DNA of 41,237 bases, from positions 1 through 41,237 of the forward strand of contig JBEKLK010000004.1 of the NCBI GenBank assembly GCA_050010235.1, in the 5' to 3' direction. The stretch comes from Rhizomicrobium sp. Its GTDB lineage: Bacteria > Pseudomonadota > Alphaproteobacteria > Micropepsales > Micropepsaceae. Position numbers and translations under genes: made by a program. This document shows, one piece after another, positions 25,715-35,172 of this stretch; the stretch's first letter is position 1, and each line of letters opens with the position of its first letter. The notes beneath the pieces were generated by a model. The model saw only the letters and a program-made list of their open reading frames with translations. It had not been told where the DNA came from and did not search any database.

Positions 25715-26625
25715 GCGAGACTCTTGCCATCGACGTCCGCGGGCTGACGAAGCATTTCGGCACGAAGATGGCCGTCGATCACGTAGATATTGCGGTGCCG
25801 GAAGGCGAGGTCTGGGGATTTCTCGGGCCCAACGGCTCGGGGAAGACGACGACCATCCGCATGCTGTGCGGATTGCTGCGCGCGGACGCGGGCGAAGGCA
25901 CCTGCCTCGGTTACAACGTTCGCACGCAGGCAGAAGAGATCAAACGCGAGACCGGCTACATGACCCAGAGGTTCAGCTTCTGGGAAGACCTTTCGATCCG
26001 CGAGAATCTCGATTTCGTGGCGCGCATGTATGAACTCGACGACCGCAAATCGAAGGTCGATTCGACTCTCGAGCGTCTGGGTCTGGTCAAACGTCAGCAT
26101 CAAATGGCCGGCGCACTGTCGGGAGGTTGGAAACAGAGGCTGGCGCTGGCAGCCTGCATGCTGCACGCGCCGAAGCTACTGCTGCTCGACGAGCCGACGG
26201 CGGGAGTGGATCCCAAGGCGCGCCGCGACTTCTGGGAGGAGATCCACACCTTGAGCGACGCCGGGCTCACGGTCCTCGTCAGCACACACTACATGGACGA
26301 AGCCGAACGCTGCGATCGCATCGTCTACATCATGAACGGCAAGCTGATCGCGCGCGGGACCGTCGCCGAAGTCATCGCCCAATCGAAGCTGTTCACCTTC
26401 GTCGTCGAAGGCGAGGACGTGCGCAAGCTTGCCCAACGACTGCTCGACGAACCCGGCGTGGAACATGCCGCATTCTTCGGCGCGGCGCTGCATGTGACCG
26501 GGCTCGACCGGGCAGCGCTCGAACGCGCGCTCGCCCCCTATCGCAACGATCCCGGCATCACCATTCAGGAATCGCCGCCCAGTCTGGAAGACGTATTCAT
26601 TCACCTGCAGGAGCAGGCGCAATGA
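25711..26625 (+). CDS. ABC-2 type transporter ATP-binding protein
   Basis: GPNGSGKT, LSGG, LLLDEP and STH. Confidence 0.95.
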   Translation: MSETLAIDVRGLTKHFGTKMAVDHVDIAVPEGEVWGFLGPNGSGKTTTIRMLCGLLRADAGEGTCLGYNVRTQAEEIKRETGYMTQRFSFWEDLSIRENLDFVARMYELDDRKSKVDSTLERLGLVKRQHQMAGALSGGWKQRLALAACMLHAPKLLLLDEPTAGVDPKARRDFWEEIHTLSDAGLTVLVSTHYMDEAERCDRIVYIMNGKLIARGTVAEVIAQSKLFTFVVEGEDVRKLAQRLLDEPGVEHAAFFGAALHVTGLDRAALERALAPYRNDPGITIQESPPSLEDVFIHLQEQAQ

Positions 26626-27758
26626 GCCGGGGTTTTTCTCTGGCGCGATTGGGCGCGATGCTGGCGAAGGAATTTCTCCAGATGCGCCGCGACCCGCTGA
26701 CCCTGGGCATGATCGTGGGTGTTCCGGTGATGCAGCTTTTCCTGTTCGGATTCGCGATCAATCTCAACCCGAAGGCGCTGCCGACGGCGATCTCGATCGA
26801 CGATCCCGGCACGTTCAGCAATTCAATCGTGGCGGCGCTCAAGAACTCGAGCTATCTCGACATCGTTGGGGAGACCAATTCGCCCAGGAAAGCGCGCCAA
26901 CTTCTGGACGAAGGCAAGGTTCTCTTCGTTGTCGAGATTCCGGAGAATTTTTCGCGCGATATCGTGCGCGGGACCCAGCCCGACCTCGTCGTCGAAACCG
27001 ATGCGACCGATCCGGCGGCCGGCTCCTATGCGCTGGCTGCCATCAACAGCCTGGCGACCACCGCCTTGCGTGACGATCTGGTGGGTCCGCTCGCCGCCCG
27101 CGCGCAGGGTCCGCCACCCTTCAACGTGATCTCGCACCTTCTCTACAATCCGGAATCGATCACGCAATACAACATCATTCCGGGATTGCTGGCCGTCATC
27201 CTGACCATGACGATGGTGCTGATGACGTGCCTGTCGCTGACACGCGAACGCGAGCGCGGCACATACGAGAATCTGCTTGCGATGCCGGCGACGCCGCTGG
27301 AGATCATGATCGGCAAGATCACGCCGAACATCATGATCGGCGCAGTGCAAAGCACGATCATTCTCCTGGTGGCGAAAATTGTCTTCGACGTTCCGATGAT
27401 CGGATCGTTCGGGCTTCTGGCCGTGGCCCTCGTCTTCTACATCAGTGCCAATTTGGCCGTGGGTTATACCTTCTCGACCATCGCCCAGAATCAGCTGCAG
27501 GCGATGCAGATGACGATGTTCTTCCTCTTGCCGGCCATCCTGCTCTCGGGTTTCGCGTTCCCGTTTCAAGGCATGCCGATCTGGGCGCAATGGATCGGGG
27601 AAATACTGCCCGCCACCCATTTTCTGAGGATCGTTCGGGGCATTCTGCTGAAGGGCAACGACTTTGGCGAAATCTGGCCCAATCTTTGGCCCTTGATTCT
27701 CTTTATGTTCGCGGCCGGAAGCCTCGCTTTGGCCCGATTCCGGCGGACTTTGGACTGA
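26622..27758 (+). CDS. ABC-2 type transporter permease (YbhR/S-like)
   Basis: KEF.Q..RD N-terminus, RERERGT.E and multiple TM helices; ATGA overlap. Confidence 0.93.
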   Translation: MSRGFSLARLGAMLAKEFLQMRRDPLTLGMIVGVPVMQLFLFGFAINLNPKALPTAISIDDPGTFSNSIVAALKNSSYLDIVGETNSPRKARQLLDEGKVLFVVEIPENFSRDIVRGTQPDLVVETDATDPAAGSYALAAINSLATTALRDDLVGPLAARAQGPPPFNVISHLLYNPESITQYNIIPGLLAVILTMTMVLMTCLSLTRERERGTYENLLAMPATPLEIMIGKITPNIMIGAVQSTIILLVAKIVFDVPMIGSFGLLAVALVFYISANLAVGYTFSTIAQNQLQAMQMTMFFLLPAILLSGFAFPFQGMPIWAQWIGEILPATHFLRIVRGILLKGNDFGEIWPNLWPLILFMFAAGSLALARFRRTLD

Positions 27759-27912
27759 CGACCGTTCTTCGCCCTTGCGAAAGAAACCGCCCCGTCACAC
27801 ATTGGCCTCGCACCTAATTTACATCGTTCGCGTTCTATTTCGCGCGTGTCACGCCCAGGATGCCGTCGCAAAGACGGCGCCGGTCCAAAGAGTGGGGTCC
27901 GAACCGTTCGCC

Positions 27913-29355
27913 ATGTCCGGCCTGTCCTTGATCCTCCAATGTGCCCTGGCGATGGTCCTGGTGACCCTGGCGCTGTTTTCCGCGCAATTGGGCGCGCTTT
28001 CGCTCCTGCGCTTCTTCAAGCCCGCCCGCCGGGTGCGCGTGCCGCTTCTGCCCGACGAAGCACTCCCCCATGTCCTGGTGCAGTTGCCCGTCTGCGATGA
28101 GGGACCGTTGGCGCTACGCGTCGCGGCAGCCGCTGCGCGGCTTGACTGGCCGCGCGACCGGCTCGAAATCCAGCTGCTGGACGACGGTCACGTCGACGGC
28201 CACGAGGCGCTTCTCGCAGCGGCCAAACAGGCGGTGCCCGAGAACCTAAAATTTTCCGTGCTCCGGCGCGGCGAACGCGCGGGCTTCAAGGCCGGCAATC
28301 TCGCTTTCGGCCTCAAGCATTCCGAAGCGCCCTTTGTGGCGATCTTCGACGCGGATTTCGTGCCGCCGTCAGATTTCTTAAGGCGAACCGTCCCCGCGCT
28401 GATGGCGGACCAAGGGCTTGCCTTCGTTCAGACGCGTTGGGGTCATAACAATCGCGAACGCAACTGGCTGACGCGCGCGCAAGGCTTTCTGCTCGACAGT
28501 CATTTCGCCATCGAGCAGGAAGCGCGCTTCCGTGCCGGCGTTCCGTTCTCTTTCAACGGAACGGCGGGCGTGTGGAGCAGGGCTGCCATCGATCATGCAG
28601 GCGGCTGGACGGGCGATACGTTGACCGAGGATCTCGATCTCAGCATCCGCTGCACGCTGAAAGGCTGGCGCGCGGCGATGATCTCCGAAGTCGAGGTGCC
28701 GGGCGAATTGCCGGAGACGGCCGCCGCGTGGCGCGCACAGCAGGCGCGCTGGACCAAGGGCCACGCGCAAGTCGCGCGCAAGCTGCTTCCCGCGATCTGG
28801 ACGAGCACGTTGCCGGCCTGGAAAAAGGCCGCGGTGACGCTGCAGATCTGCCAGTTCGCATTCTACACATTGGCCTGCGCGAGTGCTGCGATCAGCCTGA
28901 CTTTGATGGCGATGGGCGTGGTCTATCTCCAAGCCGTCGCCGAACTAGGCCTTGCCGTGACGGCCCTCGGACTGACTGCAAGCGTGAGCTATCTCTATGC
29001 CGGTCAGGCGATCCTGAAACGCGCGGGTGAGCCGTGCCTCGCGCAAACCTTGCTGCTGGCGGTGATTTTCCCCAGCGGCCTCATTCCTTCCAATACGCGG
29101 GCGACATTCGAGGCGTTTTCGAACGCGAGCATGGTGTTCACCCGTACCCAAAGGGCGGGGGAAGCCTATTCCGGCGGCTGGCGCGGCGGGCCGGAACTTG
29201 CCGCCGGCTTCCTGCTGCCGGTCTTCGCTATTGCCGAGCAGGCCTGGAGTGCGCCATTCTTCGCTTTCGCTGCGGCAGGATTATTGTCCATCGGAGCAAT
29301 GGGTTGGAGCGGAACCGGCAAGGTGTCGGCGCGCGAAATCGCCCGCAGCGAATAG
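27913..29355 (+). CDS. Processive GT2 glycosyltransferase (cellulose synthase-like)
   Basis: DD, KAG, FDAD, TED and QQARW motifs, with N- and C-terminal TM segments. Confidence 0.88.
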   Translation: MSGLSLILQCALAMVLVTLALFSAQLGALSLLRFFKPARRVRVPLLPDEALPHVLVQLPVCDEGPLALRVAAAAARLDWPRDRLEIQLLDDGHVDGHEALLAAAKQAVPENLKFSVLRRGERAGFKAGNLAFGLKHSEAPFVAIFDADFVPPSDFLRRTVPALMADQGLAFVQTRWGHNNRERNWLTRAQGFLLDSHFAIEQEARFRAGVPFSFNGTAGVWSRAAIDHAGGWTGDTLTEDLDLSIRCTLKGWRAAMISEVEVPGELPETAAAWRAQQARWTKGHAQVARKLLPAIWTSTLPAWKKAAVTLQICQFAFYTLACASAAISLTLMAMGVVYLQAVAELGLAVTALGLTASVSYLYAGQAILKRAGEPCLAQTLLLAVIFPSGLIPSNTRATFEAFSNASMVFTRTQRAGEAYSGGWRGGPELAAGFLLPVFAIAEQAWSAPFFAFAAAGLLSIGAMGWSGTGKVSAREIARSE

Positions 29356-29512
29356 AATTCGCGCGAGCTCGCGCGCGGCGAATACGAAGCGAATTCGATT
29401 CAATTTTAGTCATTCAAATTTGAGCGATTGATCTAACGCGGCCTTTGGCCGTGGGGGTTAAGGTGTCGGACATGGCCGCCGCTGCTTGAGCGGCAATCAA
29501 GGGGACTTTTAG

Positions 29513-30061
29513 ATGGTGGGGTCTCCAGTTCGGTTCGCGGCGGCGGCCTTTTTTTTGCTGCTCCTCAATGCCTGCGCGAGCACGTCCGATAACCGCGTCG
29601 CCTACGATACCGAAACAGGCTCGCGCAGCGGTACGCATATCGAAACCCCCAAAACGCCTCTGCAATGCGTGCCTTATGCGCGGGCGCGTTCGGGCATCAA
29701 TCTGTTCGGCGATGCCGGTACCTGGTGGGACCAGGCCGCAGGCCGCTTCGCGCGAACTTCGACGCCTGCCCTGGGCGCGGTGATGGTCCTCACGGGCTAT
29801 GCGGGTCCGGGACGGGGTCACGTGGCTGTCGTAAGCCGGATGGTGTCGGACCGGGAAATCCGCATCGACCATGCCAACTGGCTCAATGACGGCGCGATCT
29901 ATCTCGACGACCCCGTGGTGGACGTCAGCCCGGACAACGACTGGAGTGAAATCCGCGTCTGGAACCCGCGCGCGGGTTCGTGGGGGATTCGCACCTATGT
30001 CGTCCAGGGATTCATCGGACCGGGACCGGCGGACGGCAATGATCGCGTCGCGATGAATTGA
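29513..30061 (+). CDS. CHAP-domain peptidoglycan amidase/peptidase, probable lipoprotein
   Basis: LNAC lipobox-like sequence, LQCVPYAR (Cys), GHVAVV (His) and HANW. Confidence 0.88.
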   Translation: MVGSPVRFAAAAFFLLLLNACASTSDNRVAYDTETGSRSGTHIETPKTPLQCVPYARARSGINLFGDAGTWWDQAAGRFARTSTPALGAVMVLTGYAGPGRGHVAVVSRMVSDREIRIDHANWLNDGAIYLDDPVVDVSPDNDWSEIRVWNPRAGSWGIRTYVVQGFIGPGPADGNDRVAMN

Positions 30062-30309
30062 TCGATCTTTCATCCAAATCAATGGCTTGAAGATCCTTTG
30101 TGCGCCATACTGCCTCTCCCCTCTATCGCGGGGGTGAACACGTCCCTATTTTCCCGGCCCTCGAAGACGGCCGGGACGGCCGTGAGGGAGGCGAACGCGG
30201 CCATCAGGGTACATTGGCAAGGTTTACGCGTTTAACTCGCGAGCCTCGCCTCAACCCGCCTGAAGATGGACCCGGCCCCCGAGCCAATGTGAGCGAACCT
30301 CAGCGTAAA

Positions 30310-32232
30310 ATGACGGACATCCCGGCCGATGCAGGGGACCTCGCGCCGCCGCAGGCGGCGCAGGCGCACCTCGCGCGCAGCAGCGTCACCGCATTGACGG
30401 TGGGCGCGCTGGGCGTCGTGTTCGGCGATATCGGCACGAGCCCGCTTTACGCCATGCGCAACTCGGTGCAGGCGATCGGCGCGTCGCTGCCGCTCCATTT
30501 TGCCGTCATGGCGGCGCTGTCGCTGATCTTCTGGTCGCTGATGATCGTGGTGACGCTCAAATACGTCACGCTCATCATGCGGGCCGACAATGACGGCGAA
30601 GGCGGCGTGCTTGCGCTTGCTTCTCTAGCGCACCGCTCGCATCGGATCGGACGGCGCTTCAAGCGCTGGATCGGCGTCGCGGCAATCCTGGGCCTCGCGC
30701 TGTTTTTCGGCGACGGCATGCTGACGCCTGCCATTTCGGTCCTCAGCGCCGTCGAAGGCCTCGGCGCGGAGAGCACGACCCTCGTGCCGCTGGTCATCCC
30801 TCTCACACTGGCTATTCTGATCGGCCTGTTCCTCATGGAGAGCCGCGGAACGGCCGCGATCGGAAGATTGTTCGGTCCGATCATGCTGTTGTGGTTTGCG
30901 ACTCTTTCGGTGATCGGAATTTTCGCGATTCTGCGCACGCCCGCGATTCTCGGTGCGCTCAATCCCTACTACGCCATCCTGATTTTTCTGCGTGCGCCGT
31001 GGACCGGATTCGTGGCGCTGGGCGCTGTGGTGCTCGCCGTTACCGGTTGCGAAGCGCTCTACGCCGATATGGGTCATTTCGGTAAAGGGCCTATCCGCAA
31101 CGCGTGGATCTATCTCGTCTTGCCGGCCCTCGTGCTGAACTATTTCGGACAAGGCGCAACACTTCTACGCAATCCCAAGGCGCTTGATTACCTGTTCTTC
31201 GATTCGGCGCCGCATTGGGCGCATTACCCGCTGGTGGCGCTGGCAACGGTTGCAACCGTGATCGCATCGCAAGCGGTCATTTCCGGCGTCTATTCGATCA
31301 CCCGACAGGCTGTGCAATTGGGCCAGTTGCCGCGCATGGAAATCCGCCACACGTCTGCGGCCGAGGAAGGTCAGATTTACGTGCCGCGCGTAAATGCGGT
31401 TCTGGGTGTCGGCGTCGTGCTGATCGTACTCATCTTCCGCAGTTCCGATGCGCTTGCCTGGGCCTACGGCATCGCGGTGACGGGCGTGATGGTGATCAGC
31501 ACCTTCCTCTGTGCCATCGTGGCCGCCCGCCAATGGGGTTGGGGCGCTCGTTGGGCGCTGGCGGTCTTCGTGCCCCTCGGACTGATCGATCTTTCGTTCC
31601 TCGCTGCCAATTCGCTCAAGATCGTACAGGGCGGCTGGCTGCCGCTGGCGATCGCGGCGGCGGTCTTCCTGTTCATGGAGACCTGGCGCCTGGGCCGCCG
31701 CGCTCATCTGGAGAAGATCCGCAGCGAATCGTTGCCGCTCAATCTCTTCCTCGAACGTGCCGACAAAACGCCGGTGCGCGTAGCGGGCACCGCCGTATTT
31801 CTCACCGCCCGCAACGACGCGGTGCCGGGCGCACTGCTTCACAATCTCAAGCACAACAAGGTGCTCCACGAACGGATCGTTCTGGCGCATGTGACAGCAG
31901 AAGACGCGCCGCTCGTCGCTCCCTCCAAGCGCATCGAAGTGAAAAAGCTGGGTAAGGGTTTCTTCAGCATCAATATCCATTACGGCTTCTTCGAAACGCC
32001 GGACGTGCCCCTCGCATTGGAAGCCGCGCGCGCCTTCGGGCTCGCCCTCGACGTCGAAACCACGACCTTTTTCATCGGGCGCGAAACGCTGGTCCCGGCC
32101 GAACATCCCGCTCTCGGAAAATGGCGCACGTGGCTTTATGTGAGGCTCGCCTCTTCGGCATTGTCGCCTGTCCGCTTCTATCACCTGCCGCCCAACCGGG
32201 TCGTCGAACTGGGCACCCAGATTTCGATTTGA
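30310..32232 (+). CDS. kup: Potassium uptake permease
   Basis: GVVFGDIGTSPLYA, GEGG..AL, TPAISVLSAVEG, EALYADMGHF and HN.KHNKVLH. Start uncertain (ATG 30310 or GTG 30289). Confidence 0.95.
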   Translation: MTDIPADAGDLAPPQAAQAHLARSSVTALTVGALGVVFGDIGTSPLYAMRNSVQAIGASLPLHFAVMAALSLIFWSLMIVVTLKYVTLIMRADNDGEGGVLALASLAHRSHRIGRRFKRWIGVAAILGLALFFGDGMLTPAISVLSAVEGLGAESTTLVPLVIPLTLAILIGLFLMESRGTAAIGRLFGPIMLLWFATLSVIGIFAILRTPAILGALNPYYAILIFLRAPWTGFVALGAVVLAVTGCEALYADMGHFGKGPIRNAWIYLVLPALVLNYFGQGATLLRNPKALDYLFFDSAPHWAHYPLVALATVATVIASQAVISGVYSITRQAVQLGQLPRMEIRHTSAAEEGQIYVPRVNAVLGVGVVLIVLIFRSSDALAWAYGIAVTGVMVISTFLCAIVAARQWGWGARWALAVFVPLGLIDLSFLAANSLKIVQGGWLPLAIAAAVFLFMETWRLGRRAHLEKIRSESLPLNLFLERADKTPVRVAGTAVFLTARNDAVPGALLHNLKHNKVLHERIVLAHVTAEDAPLVAPSKRIEVKKLGKGFFSINIHYGFFETPDVPLALEAARAFGLALDVETTTFFIGRETLVPAEHPALGKWRTWLYVRLASSALSPVRFYHLPPNRVVELGTQISI

Positions 32233-32322
32233 ATTTCATGCCGCAATGAGCGAAACCTGCTTGACCGACGGCTTTCGTCCGGGCTGTCGTTCAATGCAAC
32301 GAACTATCCCTCGGAGGTATCG

Positions 32323-33933
32323 ATGCGCCGTTTTGCGCTTGCCGTGACTTTGGCCTGTCTGACGGCTCTGCCGGCGTGGGCACAACCCCAAGCCAGAATT
32401 GCGCAAGGCACGCTTTCCGGCGCGAGCGACGGCGCGATCTCGACGTTCAAAGGCATACCGTTCGCGGCTCCCCCGGTCGGTCCGCTGCGTTGGCGCGCGC
32501 CGCAAGCGGCGCCCGGCTGGCATGGTGTGCGCGATGCGAGCGCATTCGAGCCCGTCTGCCCACAACCCAATCTGCCGGGTCGGGTGCAACTGCCGCAAAG
32601 CGAAGACTGCCTGACGCTCAATGTCTGGACGCCGAACAGCGCGCCAGGCGCAAAGCTGCCCGTGATGGTGTGGATATACGGCGGCTCGTTCGTCATCGGC
32701 GGTTCCGCGTCCCCGATTTATGACGGCGTGGAATTGGCCGAGCGAGGCGTCGTCGTCGTCACACTCAATTATCGATTGGGCTGGCTCGGCTTCTTCGATC
32801 ATCCCGCGCTGGCAGCGGCAAATCCCGGCGAGCCGACGGGCAATTTCGGTTTGCTCGACCAGATCGCGGCCCTGAACTGGGTTCAAAAGAACATCGCGGC
32901 ATTCGGCGGCGATCCCTCGAACGTCACCATTTTCGGCGAGTCGGCCGGCGGCATGAGCGTCAACGATCTGACCGCGTCACCGCTCGCACGCGGATTGTTC
33001 GCAAAGGCCATTTCGGAATCGGGGCTGGGATTGTGGACCATCGGCACCTCTGCGCAGGCGCAACAGAATTCCGTTGCGTTCGCGGCGCTGGAGAACGCGG
33101 CGGCCGCGTCGTCCGATGCATTGGCAAAACTGCGCGGACTCGGCGTGGACGCAATCCTTGCCGACGAGGCGAAGATGCAACCAATTCAGCCCGCACCGTT
33201 CGTCGACGGGACAGTGCTCACCGATCAGCCGGCCGCACTTTTTGCGCAGGGAAAAATGGCGCACGTGCCCTATCTCGCAGGCTCGAACAGCGATGAAGCG
33301 ACGCTGATGAAGGCCATTCATATGTCGAATGACGACATGCTGAAGCCGTTCGGCGATGCGCTTCCGGATGTGCGCAAGGTCTACGAGGCGGACGGCAAGC
33401 TCACCAACGATCAGTTTGCCCGCCAGGTCTTCGCCGATGCGCTGTTCGCCTCCGGTGCGCAGGGTCTCGCAACCTTCGAGACGAAGTTTGGCCAGCCCGC
33501 CTATGTCTACCACTTCGATTATGTCTACGATGCCTTGCGCATGTTTTCGAGCGGTGTCGGCCATGGCGGCGAAATCCCGTTCGTGTTCGGGTTTACCGGG
33601 CTTTCGAGGGACCCGAACTTTGCCGCCAAGATAAAGTTCGCGACGGACAAGGACAAAAGCATCGCCACGATGATGGAAGGCTACTGGACGAATTTTGCGA
33701 AGACCGGAAATCCCAACGGCGCGGGACTGCCGCAATGGTCGCCGACGAGCGCTGCGGCTCCCGAGACACTCGTCGTCGACGACACGACAAAGACCGTGGA
33801 AGGGTTTCGTAAGCCCCAGCTCGCGATCATCTATGCGGGCTGGAGCAAACGGACCGGATTGCCCGTGCCGCTGGCGGCCACGATCAAGCCGCGCGATGCT
33901 CAATCGAGCGCGAACACCAGCGTCTTGAGATAA
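32323..33933 (+). CDS. Secreted type-B carboxylesterase/lipase
   Basis: Signal peptide (…LPAWA), SEDCL.LNVW, GESAG and GHGGE; GGAGG SD. Confidence 0.92.
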   Translation: MRRFALAVTLACLTALPAWAQPQARIAQGTLSGASDGAISTFKGIPFAAPPVGPLRWRAPQAAPGWHGVRDASAFEPVCPQPNLPGRVQLPQSEDCLTLNVWTPNSAPGAKLPVMVWIYGGSFVIGGSASPIYDGVELAERGVVVVTLNYRLGWLGFFDHPALAAANPGEPTGNFGLLDQIAALNWVQKNIAAFGGDPSNVTIFGESAGGMSVNDLTASPLARGLFAKAISESGLGLWTIGTSAQAQQNSVAFAALENAAAASSDALAKLRGLGVDAILADEAKMQPIQPAPFVDGTVLTDQPAALFAQGKMAHVPYLAGSNSDEATLMKAIHMSNDDMLKPFGDALPDVRKVYEADGKLTNDQFARQVFADALFASGAQGLATFETKFGQPAYVYHFDYVYDALRMFSSGVGHGGEIPFVFGFTGLSRDPNFAAKIKFATDKDKSIATMMEGYWTNFAKTGNPNGAGLPQWSPTSAAAPETLVVDDTTKTVEGFRKPQLAIIYAGWSKRTGLPVPLAATIKPRDAQSSANTSVLR

Positions 33934-35087
33934 GCGGTTTCCGGCAGCATGGGATGGACGGGATGGTCGGGACCCGCGCCGGCCTGCCGTATCAAAGCCG
34001 CGCGCCTGCCAGTGCGGACAATGCCGATGGCGCATTCGTTGGCAAAGCGCTCCATCGGCATGTTGTGCGAGCAGGAACACAGACACAGGAATCCGCCGGG
34101 AGATGTTGCCCCGGCCGCAAGCCGCGCCAGTTTGCGATAGGCTTTGGCGCCGGGTTCCAGATCCTTGCGCGCTTTCACGAAAGGCGGCGGGTCTGCGATC
34201 ACGATGTCGAATTTTTCGCCCGCTCCCGCAAGACGCTCGAGCTCTTCGAACACATCGGCCTTCACGAAATTGCACGCGCGCTCGATGCCGTTCGCAGCCG
34301 CGGCTTCCTCCGCCAGGGCGAGTGCCGGCGCGGAACTGTCGAGCGCGCTGACTTCGACGGCGCCTGCGCGGGCCGCTGCAATGGCAAATCCGCCCGTATA
34401 GCAATAGGTATCAAGCGCCGATTTGTCCTTCGCAAGCGCCGCCATGAATGCACGGTTGTCGCGCTGGTCGTAGTACCAGCCCGTTTTCTGTCCGCCTGCG
34501 GGGTCCGCGAAATAGCGCGCGCCGTTCTCCAGGACGCTCACGCGCGACGACAATTCGCCCCGCGCGGCGCGCACATAGGATGGAAGTCCTTCGAGCGTGC
34601 GGGCGGGTGTGTCGGCGCGAAGGATCACTTGTGCCGGCGCAACGACCGCGTCCAATGCTTCGAGCATAGGCTCGAGCAATGCCTCCATGCCGGCCGTCGT
34701 CACCTGCACGACGCAGGTGTCGCCGAAACGATCGACGGACAATCCGGGCAACCCGTCGCCTTCGGCATGGACGAGGCGATAATAAGGTTCGGCATAGAGC
34801 GCCTCGCGCAATGCAAGCGCACGACGGAATCGTTTGGCAAAAAACGCGGCGTCGATCTCTTCATCGGCCGCCCCCTCGAACAGCCGCACGGCGATGAGGC
34901 TTTTGAGGTTGAAATAGCCGGTGCCATAAGGGCGCCCGTCATCGCCTGCGACCGAGACCAGGCTGCCCGCCGGCAGCGCCTTGGCCACATTGCTCATCTC
35001 GATCTCGTTGGAGAACATCCACGGCGCACCGGCCCGCGCGCGGCGGCCTTCGCGCGGCTTCAGCCGCAGGAGAGGACGAGAGGTCAT
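33900..35087 (-). CDS. rlmI: Class I SAM-dependent rRNA methyltransferase (RlmI-like)
   Basis: PW.FSNE PUA-like N-terminus, E.DGLPGL..D, GQKTGWY.DQR, CYTGGF and DPPPF. Confidence 0.8.
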   Translation of the reverse strand: MTSRPLLRLKPREGRRARAGAPWMFSNEIEMSNVAKALPAGSLVSVAGDDGRPYGTGYFNLKSLIAVRLFEGAADEEIDAAFFAKRFRRALALREALYAEPYYRLVHAEGDGLPGLSVDRFGDTCVVQVTTAGMEALLEPMLEALDAVVAPAQVILRADTPARTLEGLPSYVRAARGELSSRVSVLENGARYFADPAGGQKTGWYYDQRDNRAFMAALAKDKSALDTYCYTGGFAIAAARAGAVEVSALDSSAPALALAEEAAAANGIERACNFVKADVFEELERLAGAGEKFDIVIADPPPFVKARKDLEPGAKAYRKLARLAAGATSPGGFLCLCSCSHNMPMERFANECAIGIVRTGRRAALIRQAGAGPDHPVHPMLPETAYLKTLVFALD

Positions 35088-35172
35088 GAGATGGGCCAGG
35101 TTGGGATTTGCGGCCTTCGGGTACCACGCGGCCCCGGGAATCCCTAACACGATCGGATGGACGGCGTTTCCA

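Noticed and set aside
24269-26621. Extended ORFs 24269-25714 and 26127-27758 suggesting fusions or frameshifts
   Set aside because: True starts are the ATGA-overlap codons at 24887 and 26622, each with an SD; the upstream parts are alternative frames of tetR and the ATPase.
29420-29465. CtrA box upstream of the CHAP gene
   Set aside because: Only isolated CTAAC and GTTAA half-sites; spacing does not fit TTAA-N7-TTAAC.
30062-30309. c-di-AMP (ydaO) riboswitch upstream of kup
   Set aside because: Consensus elements were not recognisable; kept only as a generic structured-leader possibility.
14444-33933. Two carboxylesterases as a recent duplication
   Set aside because: Similarity is limited to family motifs and the C-terminal halves diverge; ordinary paralogues.
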